This document shows, piece by piece, positions 13,301 to 23,959 of a stretch of DNA of 64,000 nucleotides. A program made the translations under genes and the position numbers. Location: NCBI GenBank assembly GCA_964016885.1, contig OZ024742.1, positions 228,346,001 to 228,410,000 on the forward strand. Reading direction: 5' to 3'. The stretch is from Eledone cirrhosa. Lineage: Eukaryota. Numbering within the stretch: the stretch's first letter is position 1; each line of letters begins with the position of its first letter. The notes under the pieces are model-generated. The model saw nothing but the letters and a program-made list of their open reading frames with translations, had not been told where the DNA came from and ran no database searches.

Positions 13301-13440
13301 CATTTTTTAGACAATGATTTACCAGTGATATCACAATGGTATGATGTTTTTCCTATCTCTTTCAATACTTCATCAGGAAAATCATTTCTTTCAGACTCTG
13401 ATTTAATCTCAACCTCTTTCTCCTGTAATTCATTTTCCAT
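10333..13440 (-). CDS. Poly-C2H2 (Kruppel-type) zinc-finger protein, about 36 finger units (ZNF-A)
   Basis: Intact 1035-aa ORF of CxxC..HxxxH repeats with TGEKP linkers. Short acidic leader, no KRAB/SCAN/BTB. Confidence 0.95.
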   Translation of the reverse strand: MENELQEKEVEIKSESERNDFPDEVLKEIGKTSYHCDITGKSLSKKCQLTSHRYIHTGEKPYHCNICGKSFSTKANLTLHKCYHIKVKPYHCDICGKSFSQNGALILHKRTHTGEKPYHCDICGKSFSRKDHLTFHKSIHTGVKPYCCDSCGKSFSRNADLKKHKQQHTGVKPYQCDICGKSFFQSGDLTKHRRIHTGETPYHCDICGKSFSDSSGLTRHKYIHTGEKPYHCDICGKSFSQNRDLTKHKLLHTKHKLNLCDICGKSFSHTNALTRHKRIHTSEKLYHCAICGKSFSDKTTLTNHIHTHTGEKPYQWDICGKSLSKCGDLTTHKDIHTGEKPYSCDVCGKSFSEGDNLISHKQIHTGEKPSHCHICGKSFFRYGELIIHKRIHTGEKPYHCVICGKSFAQSGNLTTHKRVHTGEKPYPCDICGKSFSRSSDLPIHKRIHTGEKPYHCDICGKSFSTNGSLTVHKHIHTGEKPFQCDICTKTFSDAHRLSGHKQIHTLESPYHCDICGKSLSTNSSLTIHKRIHRGEKPYHCDICGKSFSHCSNLTTHKRTHTGEKPYYCDICGKSFSRSSDLPIHKRIHTGEKPYNCDICGKSFSTNGSLTIHKRIHTGETPYHCGICGKSFSKCGGLNKHKLIHTGESPYQCDICGKSFSTNFNLSMHIKIHTGEKPHHCDICDKSFSRSNDFTKHKRIHTGEMPYHCDICGRSFSQGSNLTKHKRIHTKEKPYHCGMCGKSFFERSKLTIHKRVHTGEKPYQCDICGKSFTERSHLTKHRQIHIGEKSFSTNPHLVEKQIHTREPPYYCDICGKSFSANGSLTIHKRSHTGERPYHCDICGKSFSIKAVLTKHIRIHTGEKPYHCDICGKSFSGNSDLTKHKSVHTGDKLYLCDICGQSFAHANTLTRHKRIHTGEKPYCCDVCGRSFTDNSPLINHMRTHTGEKPYHCDICGKSFAQSGVLTSHKRIHTGVKPYHCDICGKLFSRNSDLNSHKRIHSGNKAYHCDICGKSFYGSGDLNKHHRIHTREKVKKKR

Positions 13441-13571
13441 AATTCTTCTTTTCTCTTTTTTTTTTTTTATATCTGTTTTGTTTAATGTCTTCCTTTAGTC
13501 TTTAAAGGATGCTAAATATTGATGATGTATTTGATGTAAAGAATTCTGTAATGCCAATGACATCCAATGTT

Positions 13572-13595
13572 CTGAAATAATAAAGATATATAGGA
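13572..13595 (-). promoter_or_regulatory. Putative splice acceptor upstream of the ZNF-A coding exon
   Basis: ttattatttcAG on minus at 13573-13572. Same motif at 30996-30995 and 49652-49651, at a similar distance from each ATG. Confidence 0.65.
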
Positions 13596-13959
13596 TAAGA
13601 TATAGAGAATAGTTAAAATGTAGAGATTGGACATTAGAAATGTTACAACATTTCTGTATTGGTAAATTCAAGAGATAACATTTACTCTTACATTTATATA
13701 TATATATATTATTATATATACATACATATATACGGGGTAACAAATAATAGTTATATGCAGTCCACTTAGGTGTAGTCCAGTTATGGTACTCCGGGTAGTG
13801 GATGATATCAACGCTTGGCTAAGTTTGACTCAACAAGGCGTTTCCATAGTGATGCTGCGAGTACGCTGAAATTCCTATGTTGTAAACACTTGGAGTAATA
13901 ATAAATCAGGAAAGAAGAGTGACACGGTTTGCTATACAAAAAAGGTTTTTAATCTCATT

Positions 13960-14065
13960 GCTGACAATTGTTTCTCTGAACTGGTAGGTCTAGAGATCGC
14001 TATCCGCTTATTTTCACGTTACTCGATCGCCGATACAAAATTATAACCAGTCAGTTCATCGGAGC
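13960..14065 (-). ncRNA. Degenerate type I hammerhead-ribozyme-like motif
   Basis: gct-CCGATGA-actgactggt...accagttcaga-GAAAC-aatt-GTC-agc. The core deviates from consensus (CCGA instead of CUGA; A-A at the base of stem II). Confidence 0.4.
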
Positions 14066-14619
14066 TTGCGAGAATGAAAAGAATATACAGGCATGAAAAG
14101 AATATACAGGCTACTATATGTAGTAGTAATGGCATTCAGTTAGAACAATAACAACAATATCAACAATGCTAGCAATAAATTATTTGAAATAATCACAACA
14201 TCAATCTAGGTGGGAAGTATAGTATATCTATGATTTTAGCTTGTAAAACTAGCTGACATGAGGCAGATGTATAAAATTGACATGTAAAAACTGTCGTAGG
14301 GTGTATTATATCGAGTGTAAAAATAAGCTGGTGTTTTTAAACAATGTAGGTAAGGTTGCCGTAATAGTCGGTTTTTATCTGACCGATGAAGTATTTATCA
14401 CTGTAGTGGAATTTGTGTGGTCTATATTAGATGAGAGTGTTGTCTATCTTTCTCATCCTCAATAACATACATGTATAAGACAACACTAACAAAGCTAAAT
14501 AATGGGCAAGTTAATACAGAGGTTAAGGAGGTAATATATATATATATATAAACATATATATACACACACACATGCACACAAACATATACACATATATACA
14601 CACACACAATAATTGTGAA

Positions 14620-14995
14620 ATAATTGTGCCGTATTGTTGTTATGTGATGCGAGTGAGATTTTTGTCGTGGGCGGATAGCACGGGGCCCAAGCCTTGGGTG
14701 TACACTAAAGGTGATGCCAACATCATTTGGACAAAGCTGATGGAATATTTTCCACATCATACAGATAATGTAGCACTCACGGCGACGTTGGAGAGAATAA
14801 AGTTTGAGCTTTTCTAATCGACTGCAATAGTCAAGGCCTGTCATGCCATCTATCTTTTTTGTAATTGACCTTTGCGGTGCTTCAACTTTTATGATACCTT
14901 GTTTAATGTGGGGTGACCACAGTGGACAACAGTATTCAAGGTGGGGTCGGGCAAAAGTGGAGAAGAGAAAAATAACAGTGTGGATATCTCTCTGA
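14620..14995 (-). mobile_element. CR1/L2-clade LINE RT C-terminal fragment
   Basis: ARPHLEYCCPLWSPH..QRSITKKI..RLEKLKLYSLQRRR. Confidence 0.8.
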
Positions 14996-17417
14996 GAAAC
15001 CAGGAACATGATCAAGGCCAAAAAGCAGGCTTGGAAAGTATGGCGGGATGGGGGAAGTAGAGAAGACTATCAAGTGACCAGGAGGGAAGCTAGGAGACAA
15101 GTGTACTTCGCAAGAAGGGAAGCAGAGGAAAGAAAGTTCAAGCATGTTCTACAACGCGAGGACCAAAAACGTGAGGTGTTCAGGATTGCTAGACAATGTG
15201 TCAAGGAGAACCGTGATATTGTCGGGGAGAAGTGTGTCCTTAATGATGATGGTGTACTGACCCTCACTGACGCTGATAAGAAGGTAGCTTGGAAGTGTCA
15301 CTACGAAAGGCTACTAAATGAGGAGAATAAATGGGAGAAAGACAGTCTCCCCCACATCGATCCAATAGAGGGACCAGCAGTGCAAGTTGAAGGTAGTATA
15401 ATAAGTAAGGCAATCAAAGATATGAAGATGGGCAAGGCGGCTGGGCCTTCGGAAATAGTTGCTGAAATGATGAAAGCATCTGGAACGGTGGGACACACTA
15501 TGGTCACCCGGATAGTAAACCAAGTTATACAGAATGGGGTCGTACCAAAGGACTGGCGTAGCAGCATCATCATTAACTGCTACAAGGGTAAAGGAGATGC
15601 CCTAGATAGGGGAAACTATAGAGGCATTAAATTAATTGACCAGGTCATGAAGGTCACAGAAAAAGTAATAGCGCAACTAATTAGTGAGCAAATTGATCTA
15701 GATGAAATGCAGTTCGGGTTTGTGTCAGGTAAAAGTACCACAGACGCTCTTTTCGTTGTACGACAACTACAGGAGAAGTACCTAGCTAAAAGTAAACCCC
15801 TATACTTAGCTTTTGTTGACTTGGAGAAAGCCTTTGACAGAGTCCCCCACTCCATTATCTGGTGGGCTCTTAGAAAACTAGGTGTTAATGAATGGCTTGT
15901 GAGAGCTATACAAGCCATGTATAAAAAAACAGTCAGCAAGGTTAGAATTAACAACGAATATAGTGAAGAATTTAGCGTAAAAGTTGGTGTTCATCAGGGT
16001 TCTGTCCTTAGCCCCCTCCTATTTATTATTGCCCTTCAGGCTATAACAGAGGAGTACAAGACCAGCTGCCCATGGGAACTTCTATATGCAGATGATCTAA
16101 CGCTCATAGCTGAATCGATGGCTGAACTAGAGAAGAAATTCCAAACATGGAAGCATGGCCTAGAATCAAAAAGGCCTTAAAGTTAACTTGTCTAAGACTC
16201 AAGTTCTAGTATGTAGGAAGGAAAATAGGGCACTGGTCCCCTCTGGGAAATGGCCATGCTCAGTGTGTAGGAAAGGAGTAGGCAGAAACTCCATTTTATG
16301 TCCCAAATGCAAAGTATGGGTGCATAAAAGATGTAGTGGGATCACAGGTAAGCTAACTAAGAACATAGATTTTATATGTGGCCGGTGCTCAGGTGCAATA
16401 AGTAGCAAGTGCCCACAGGATACTACCTCCTTCCATTGCCCAGATGGTTCTATAGAAATAGTGGACATCTTCCGTTACCTGGGTGACAAAATCAGCAGTG
16501 GTGGAGGGTGCTCTGAAAGTACAGTAGCCAGAGTCAGAACGGGATGGAAAAACTTCAGAGAGCTTATACAACTATTGGCTGCTAAAGGTTTCTCTCAAAA
16601 AATGAAAGGCAGACTGTATGATGCCTGCATACGAACAGCAATGTTACATGGCAGTGAGACATGGGCATTATGTGCAGAGGATCTGCGCAGACTGGAGAGG
16701 AATGAAGCTTGCATGCGCCGTTGGATGTGTAATAGTAATATACGTGAACGGCAAAGCATAAATGAACTAAGGGAGAAATTAGGAATAAGAGGAATCAGAT
16801 GTTGTTTACTCGAGAGAAGACTACGTTGGTATGGTCACGTGATGCACATGAAGGACGACAGCTGTATAAAAAAGTGCAGGGCGATCAAAATTGATGGAAG
16901 CTATGGAGTAGGCAGACCTACAAAAACCTGGGACGATTTGATAAATTCCGACCTTACACACTTACACCTCTCCAAGACAATGTCATTGGACTGAGATCTT
17001 TGGCGCTACACAGTAATACAGAAGACCCGCCTTGCCTATGTACAAAGCGAAACCTAGTCAGTAGGCACCTCTTAACCAAAAATACACCCCCATCCTACCA
17101 CCACCATCAACACCACCTCTTTCTCTGTAAAGTTATGTTGGTACCACAACATCCAGTCCTAAATAAATGAGGTCGTGTAGGTGTCACAACAAAAAAACAC
17201 AGTCCACGGTGTAATGTGGCCGTGTAGGTAAGACGGTTAAAACCTCCCAGTCCACACTGTAAACGTGGTTGGTGTTAGGAAGCATCTAGCCGTAGAAAAC
17301 CTGCCAGACAGTCCTATTCGAGCAAGACAACCAATCTTGCCTCAAATGGGACAATTCCCGTCTAAACCCATGCTAGCGTGGAAGATAGACGTTAAACGAT
17401 GATAATGAGGATGATGA
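14996..17417 (+). mobile_element. 5'-truncated RTE LINE, young; one +1 frameshift in an A-run at about 16170
   Basis: ORFs 15008-16180 and 16188-16994: NYRGIKL, QFGF, FVDLEKAFD, GVHQGSVLSPLLF, YADD. (GAT)n-like tail. Confidence 0.95.
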
Positions 17418-17504
17418 ACTGGCTGCTGAACTGGGGAATCCTAAAAACTATTCAAACTCAACATCAGAGCCCGTACAGGGAAATTAGACAGTAGAAGTCG
17501 CATT

Positions 17505-18158
17505 GATAGACACATTTTTCAAATGCAGGAGGGCGCTTTAGAAGTGGTGGATAGCTTCCGGTACCTAGGAGATCAGATTAGCATGGGAGGAGGGTGTTCC
17601 GAGGCCATAGTATCTAGAATAAGGACGGGTTGGAAGAAGTTTAGGGAGCTGCTTCCTCTGCTGACGAAGAAGGGTTTATCCCTGCGTACGAAAGGCCGGT
17701 TGTATGATGCCTGTGTGAGGAGCGCGATGCTGCATGGTAGTGAGACATGGGCAGCAACTGCAGAGGATATGCGACGGCTGGAGAGAAATGAGGCAAGCAT
17801 GCTCTGTTGGATGTGCAGTGTAAATGTGCGTGAACGACCCAGCATGAATGCGTTGAGAGAGAAACTGTGTCTGAGAGGGATAGAATGTAGTGTACGGGAG
17901 AGGAGACTGAGGTGGTATGGACATGTGATGCGCATGGAGGATGACCGATGGGTGAAGAAGTGCCAGGAAATGCCAGTTGAAGGGAGACGTGGTAGAGGTA
18001 GACCACGAAAAACATGGGCGGAGGTGGTGAGAACAGATCGTTGAAGCTCACGGTGGAGATGACGAAGGACCGTGACGAGTGGAGAGATGCTGTGCTGAAT
18101 AAGACCCTTCCCACCCTTGCAAGCAGGGAAAAGCGAACGTATGATGATGATGATGATA
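17505..18158 (+). mobile_element. Short 3' fragment of a second RTE subfamily
   Basis: ORF 17523-18044 (FRYLGD..RLRWYGHVMR..GRPRKTW), short 3'UTR, (GAT)n tail. Confidence 0.9.
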
Positions 18159-18179
18159 TATATACTTATATACATATAT

Positions 18180-20306
18180 ATGAAGTGTATCCGGAATGAT
18201 AAAGGTGAGCTTGCCCTCACAAGTGCTGAGAAGAAAGATGCATGGAAGAGTCATTATGATAGATTACTAAATGAGGAGAATGCATGGGAAGAAGAGACCC
18301 TACCCCAAGTAGACCCTATAGAGGGACCAGCAGTACAAGTCAGCAGCAGCATAGTAAGTAAGGCAATCAAAGATATGAAGATGGCGAAGGCAACCGGTCC
18401 ATCGGGTATAGCTGCCGAGATGCTGAAGGCATCTGGGTCTGTAGGTCACACTATAACCACACGTATTGTTAACCAGGTAATACTAGAAGGTGTCATACCA
18501 AAAGATTGGTGCAGTAGCATCATTGTCAACTGCTACAAAGGTAAAGGCGATGCACTAGATAGAGGAAACTATAGAGGTATAAAGTTGATGGACCAGGTCA
18601 TGAAAGTAACAGATAGAGTTATAGCACAGTTGATTAGGGACCGGGTGAAAATAGACGAGATGCAATTTGGGTTTGTACCAGGAAGAGGCACCACTGATGC
18701 CCTCTTCCTTGTGAGGCAATTACAGGAAAAGTACCTAGCTAAAAGTAAGCCACTCTACTTGGCATTTGTCGACCTTGAGAAAGCCTTTGACAGAGTTCCA
18801 CGTGCTGTAATCTGGTGGGCTCTTAGAAAACTAGGAGTAGATGAATGGCTTGTGAAAGCGGTACAAGCCATGTATAGGGGAGCAGTCAGCAAAGTTAGGA
18901 TTAGCAATGAGTATAGCGAGGAATTTAGCGTACAGGTTGGGGTCCACCAGGGCTCTGTTCTTAGTCCCCTCCTGTTCATCATAGTCCTGCAGGCAATAAC
19001 GGAGGAGTTTAAGACCGGATGCCCATGGGAACTCCTGTATGCTGATGACCTCGCACTCATAGTTGAATCTATGGTAGAACTAGAGAATAAATTCCAAACT
19101 TGGAAGCAGGGACTAGAAAGAAAGGGTCTCAAAGTCAACATGACAAAGACTAAGGTCCTTGTAAGTAGACGAGAAAACAGAACCCAGATCCCCTCAGGGA
19201 AATGGCCTTGCTCAGTATGTAGGAAAGGTGTAGGTAGGAACTCCATTCTCTGCCCCAAATGCAAACAATGGGTACACAAGAGATGTAGCGAGATCTCAGG
19301 AAGCTTAATTAAGAATGTAGGCTTCACATGCAGCAGCTGTGCTGAGACAGCAAGCAGCAAACAGCCACAGGAAACAAGTACCACCAATCTCTGGGAGGGC
19401 TCTGTAGAAACAGTAGACAGCTTCTGCTACCTAGGTGACCGAATTAGCAGCGAAGGTGGGTGTTCAGAAAGTACAATAACTAGAGTAAGAACGGGATGGA
19501 AGAAGTTTAGGGAACTACTACCACTGCTAGCTGCAAAAGGCTTCTCCCTCAGAATGAAAGGCAGACTGTATGATGCGTGTATCCGTACAGCAATGTTGCA
19601 TGGTAGTGAGACCTGGGCGCTGTCTGTGGAAGACTTACGTAGATTAGAGAGAAACGAAGCCTGCATGCTCCGATGGATGTGTAATAGTAATATACGTGAA
19701 CGACAAAGCATAAATGAATTGAGAGAGAGACTGAGCATAAGAGGAATCAAATGCTGTGTGCAGGAGAGGCGGTTGCGCTGCTATGGATATGTGATGCATA
19801 TGAAGGATGACAGCTGCATAAAAAGGTATAGAGCACTAGAAGTTGATGGAAACCGCGGAGTGGGGAGACCCAAGATGACCTGGGATGAGGTGATAAAAGC
19901 CGACCTTACCCAATTAGACCTCTCAAAGACAATGACACACGACCGTGACTTCTGGCATCACGCAGTAATACAGAGTACCCGACCTCCCATGGGTACAAGC
20001 TGAAGCATATAGACAATATGCCCCCACACCCCCACCGCAAGGTGGTCGTGGAGGTGCCACGGCAAAAAAGCACCCAGTCCACACTGTAAAGTGGACGTGT
20101 AGGCGCCACGAAAAAGCACCCAGCACTCACTGTAAATGAGGTTGGTGTTAGGAAGGGCATCCAGCTGTAGAAATCAAACCAAATCAGTTCCTGTATGAGC
20201 AAGGCATGGTCAGCCGACCAGACACTGCCCACAACAGGACAACCCGTCTAACCCATGCTAGCGTGGAAGAACGGACGTAAAACGGTCATGATGATGATGA
20301 TGATGA
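18180..20306 (+). mobile_element. 5'-truncated RTE LINE (third subfamily) with an uninterrupted RT reading frame
   Basis: Open frame to 20003 with all RT motifs. No endonuclease domain. 3'UTR plus (GAT)n tail. Confidence 0.95.
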
Positions 20307-20308
20307 AC

Positions 20309-20339
<31 letters not shown>

Positions 20340-20894
20340 CATATATATATATCATCATCATCATATTACGCCCGCTTTTCCGTTTGCAAGGGTAGGACGG
20401 ATCTTATTCAACACACCATCTCGCCATTTGTCACGGCCCTTATCAAGCCCTCTTCTGATTTTGGTCTATATATATATAAATTACATCATTCAATCTTGCT
20501 TGAAGCCTTATATATTTACAGACTCCGGCTACACCATAATTATTTTAAATTTATTTTCCACATTGCATGGGTTGGATGTGCTTCCAGTCTCAGCTGTAAA
20601 AACCAAGCCAAATTATAGATTTGTATGAGCAAGACGTGGTCTCTTGACCTGAATATTTTCATAATGGAACAATCCATGTAACTTATGCAAGCTTGGAAAG
20701 GGGGCGTTGATGATGATGATCATCATCATCATGGGTTAAATGGGACCCGTTTAGAGACAAGTTTTGTCTCGCTCATATAGGGGTGTTTCTGGCTGGTTTT
20801 CTATGGCTGGATGCCCTTCCTAATGCCAACCACATTGATGATATATATATATATTTAAACTATGGCTACACCTGATTGTGTAATATATATCATT

Positions 20895-21745
20895 CATAGG
20901 TCTTCCTCTTCCATCAACTTTGAGCACATTGCATCTGATCCTTTCTATGTCCAGTTTTTCTTTCAATTCATTGAAGCTTCATTTCTTTCCAATCTTTGTA
21001 GGTCCTCTGCACACAGTGACGTGTAATACCTCTATGCAACAATGCTGTTCATACACATGCATCATACAATCTACCTTTCATTTTGAGGGATTAGAAGTGA
21101 TGGTAGCTCACTGAACTTTTTCCATCTCATTTTATATATACTGTACTTTCAGAACACCCACCTCCACTGTTAATTTGATCCCCCAAGTAACAGCTGTCTA
21201 CTACCTTTAGGGAGCCTTCTGAGCATTTGATACAGCTTGTTCCATGTGGATTCTTGCTAGTTACTGCTTCAATGCCTACATTCTTTGCTAGCTTGCCTGA
21301 GATCCTGCTACATTGTTTGTACCCATAGTTTACATTTAATACATATGAAATTTGACATATAAGAATTCCTTTGAACAGTCAGTCTTAAACTCCTCTGATA
21401 TGGGTTGGAGGACAAAGCTCTGATGACCCCCTCCTGCACTCTAAATTCCTCCCTATACTCATTAACTTTCACTTTCCTGACTGCACCCCAGTACATGGCT
21501 TGTAACACACCTTCACAAGCCATGCATCTACCACTAGTTTCTTAAAAGCCCATCATATTATAGTGGGATGTTTTTTCTCAGGTCTACAAATGCTATGTAG
21601 AGGGGTTTACTCTTAGCTAGATTCTTCTGCAGCTGCCTCATAAGGAAGAAGGCTTCTGTGGTACATTTACTTAGTACAAAGCCAAACTGTATCTCGTCTA
21701 GATTAACTCTGTCTCTAATTAGTTGTGCTATAACTCTTTTAATAA
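20895..21745 (-). mobile_element. Decayed RTE remnant
   Basis: Reverse complement gives LDEIQFGFV, SKPLYIAFVDL and LQAMYWGAV pieces. Confidence 0.7.
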
Positions 21746-21974
21746 ATTTCTAGGAGCCTCTATCCCTCATTTATCTCACCAAACCGAAGCCTGTATGTAT
21801 ACCATGGAAACCCTTAGTGTTTTCTAATTTGCTATTAAAATTTCCAGCCATAAGGTTAAAATGTACAGACTCTACTACTCTATAATATATTTTTTTACCC
21901 AATTTTCTTGAATTAATCTAAGGAAAGGAAGGTAAATTTATAGAACACCCCACTCTATTTCAGTGGGAAATATT

Positions 21975-22570
21975 TTTTCCTCTTTTTTTTTCGTGTGCTA
22001 TCAATCTTTTCCCCCAGAGAACGGCGAGGATGTCATTGCCCTCCTCCTCTTCGAAATTTTCTCTACATTTTTTTTTCGTGTTATGACCTCCAAACCAGTC
22101 GAAAACGACTACATTTGTAGAAAAGGTAGGGTGAAAGAGGACGAAAAGGCCATCGGAGTTTCCCCAGATCTACATACCTCTCGCATTTGGTGAGAAATAA
22201 TTATCTTTCCTCGTTTTTTCCAAGACCTCTTGTTTTCTCGGCGAACGGAAACTCTAACCCTAACCCTAACCCTAATCCGGGAAAAAGCGTCTATTGCAAG
22301 CATTTAAGAGGTCCAGAAAAAAATCCAGGAAAGATAATTATTTCTCACAAAACGTGATAAATGTGTAGATCTTTTCGTCCTCTTTTTCAACAAATCTAGT
22401 CGTTCCGGACTGGTTTGGCGGTCCTATTCGTTGATAACACGTGAAAAAAGAAAATCGAAGGGAGGCACTCCACCCAACTCTGTTCCCCGGGAAAAGTCGA
22501 TTGCCGGTATCTTGGAGGTTAGATTACTTGATAGCACACGTTAAAAAAAAAAAAAAAAAACACAGGAAAA
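21975..22570. mobile_element. Fold-back/MITE-like element with central (CCCTAA)n
   Basis: Nested inverted matches: 22190-22210 vs 22328-22348 (21 bp perfect), 22134-22148 vs 22371-22385, 21992-22004 vs 22528-22540. Telomere-like repeat at 22254-22275. Confidence 0.7.
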
Positions 22571-22939
22571 ACTAGTTAGTAATTCTAAATGAGCATATAT
22601 CATTTCACGACATCGGATTACCTTTGCCGATTATCTACAGACGCACAATTGACGGAAAATGCCGAATTCATTGTTTACATTTCGTCTATAAAACGAAAGT
22701 ACCCAGTAGATGAAATCATTTAACAAAGAAGTATTTTTTAAAAAATATTTTTCTCTTAATCCCCATCACTTTAAAAGAAAATGGAAATATCTTGCATGAT
22801 TCACTGACTGATTCATTGCAAATAGGGTTGCGACGGCCTGTGTGCATGTATGGGAGTAGCCGACGAAGTGAATGCAGTGAATTGGACGACATTTTTCATT
22901 CTCATCAAATGAAATCTGATATTAATGATACCACGAAGG

Positions 22940-23238
22940 AAAGACGATTGAATAAAGAAAACAACTTTAAAACAAAATACCTCGTATAAATCACAGCTAT
23001 TTTGGGGAAATCGATGATGGTGGTTGAATGTGTTGTTCAATAAAGAATAATTACCAGTAATCTCTATCTCTCTGTCCTGCAGTTTTTGCTTCTCTGAATA
23101 TACATATATTATAGTAGATACATATTCATGCTCTAATAGATTATTCTATAGATGAATGTGAATCGTCTGAAAATAATACGGACATCATCAATAAAGACAG
23201 AAAAAAAGTGAGGTCAATATCCGGTTGATCATGCGCAT
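22940..23238 (-). promoter_or_regulatory. Conserved module 1: putative promoter/non-coding first exon of ZNF-A
   Basis: Paralogous to 41845-42128 and 58003-58282. GAG|GTATTT donor at 22981/22980. Invariant 26-mer at 23213-23238. Confidence 0.55.
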
Positions 23239-23959
23239 TAATGAAGTGTAAACCGAGTAGGCATCGATTTAATGCGCACTCACACATACATACATACATA
23301 CATAGAGAGAGAGAGAGAGAATGAGAAAATCTGCTGTGCTGAGACCACTAATTATGGGTGTATTCAATGTATGGTGAGATGTAGAATGGGTTTAGAGATA
23401 TGTAAAAATCCTGACCGCGTTGCAAATCGATTTCGGCTTGTGTGTTCTAGCAAGACTTTCCGGGTGTAGTATTTTACATATATATATCACCGTTTAACGT
23501 CTTATTTTCGATGTTTGCATGGGTCAGAAGGGTCGTCCATGCTATGAGGCAAGTCTGGACATTTGGCCGGGCTGTACCTTGCTCATAAGCCGATTCCTAT
23601 TTGGGAGCTGGGTCTTCCAGGCTATGAAGTAGGTCTGGCCAGTCGAATGTTGTTCATTGTTTGGCTAGTCTGGCCAGTTGCTCATACTGGACCACATTTA
23701 ATATTTACATTATTATATATACACTATTGTATTTTTGTGGTAAACGCTTTATCTAACATAATATTGAATCTACGAGATTTTGATGTAATTTATTTTGAGA
23801 ACAATACCTTACCATCAGCATGAGCGGCCGGTTTGAACAGAAAAATGTGAGAATTCTGGCCGAATACAAATGCTAAAGGGCTAAACACCACAAAAGTTTA
23901 CAGTGTAGAACTGGGTGGTTCCATTATAAGGAGGGTTTGGCCAGTTGGCCACATCGTAC

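Noticed and set aside
10333-13440. Constant repeat plus variable segment resembling a CRISPR array
   Set aside because: It is an in-frame coding repeat (finger framework plus variable helix); no cas genes and a eukaryotic context.
18117-18180. N-terminus MQAGKSERMMMMM.. of the 628-aa ORF as a real start
   Set aside because: Read-through from the previous element's (GAT)n tail and TA repeat; the RTE copy is 5'-truncated.
18755-19750. Long minus-strand ORFs over RTE copies (also 541-1056, 17573-18220, 33608-34054)
   Set aside because: Antisense frames of RT coding sequence with no independent motifs.
22254-22275. Chromosome-end or fusion signature
   Set aside because: Only 3-4 units, one orientation, inside a fold-back element.
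22600-22690. Additional minus-strand 5'UTR exon ending at donor AAG|GTAATC (22622/22621)
   Set aside because: Plausible but not shared with the other two units; unsupported without transcripts.
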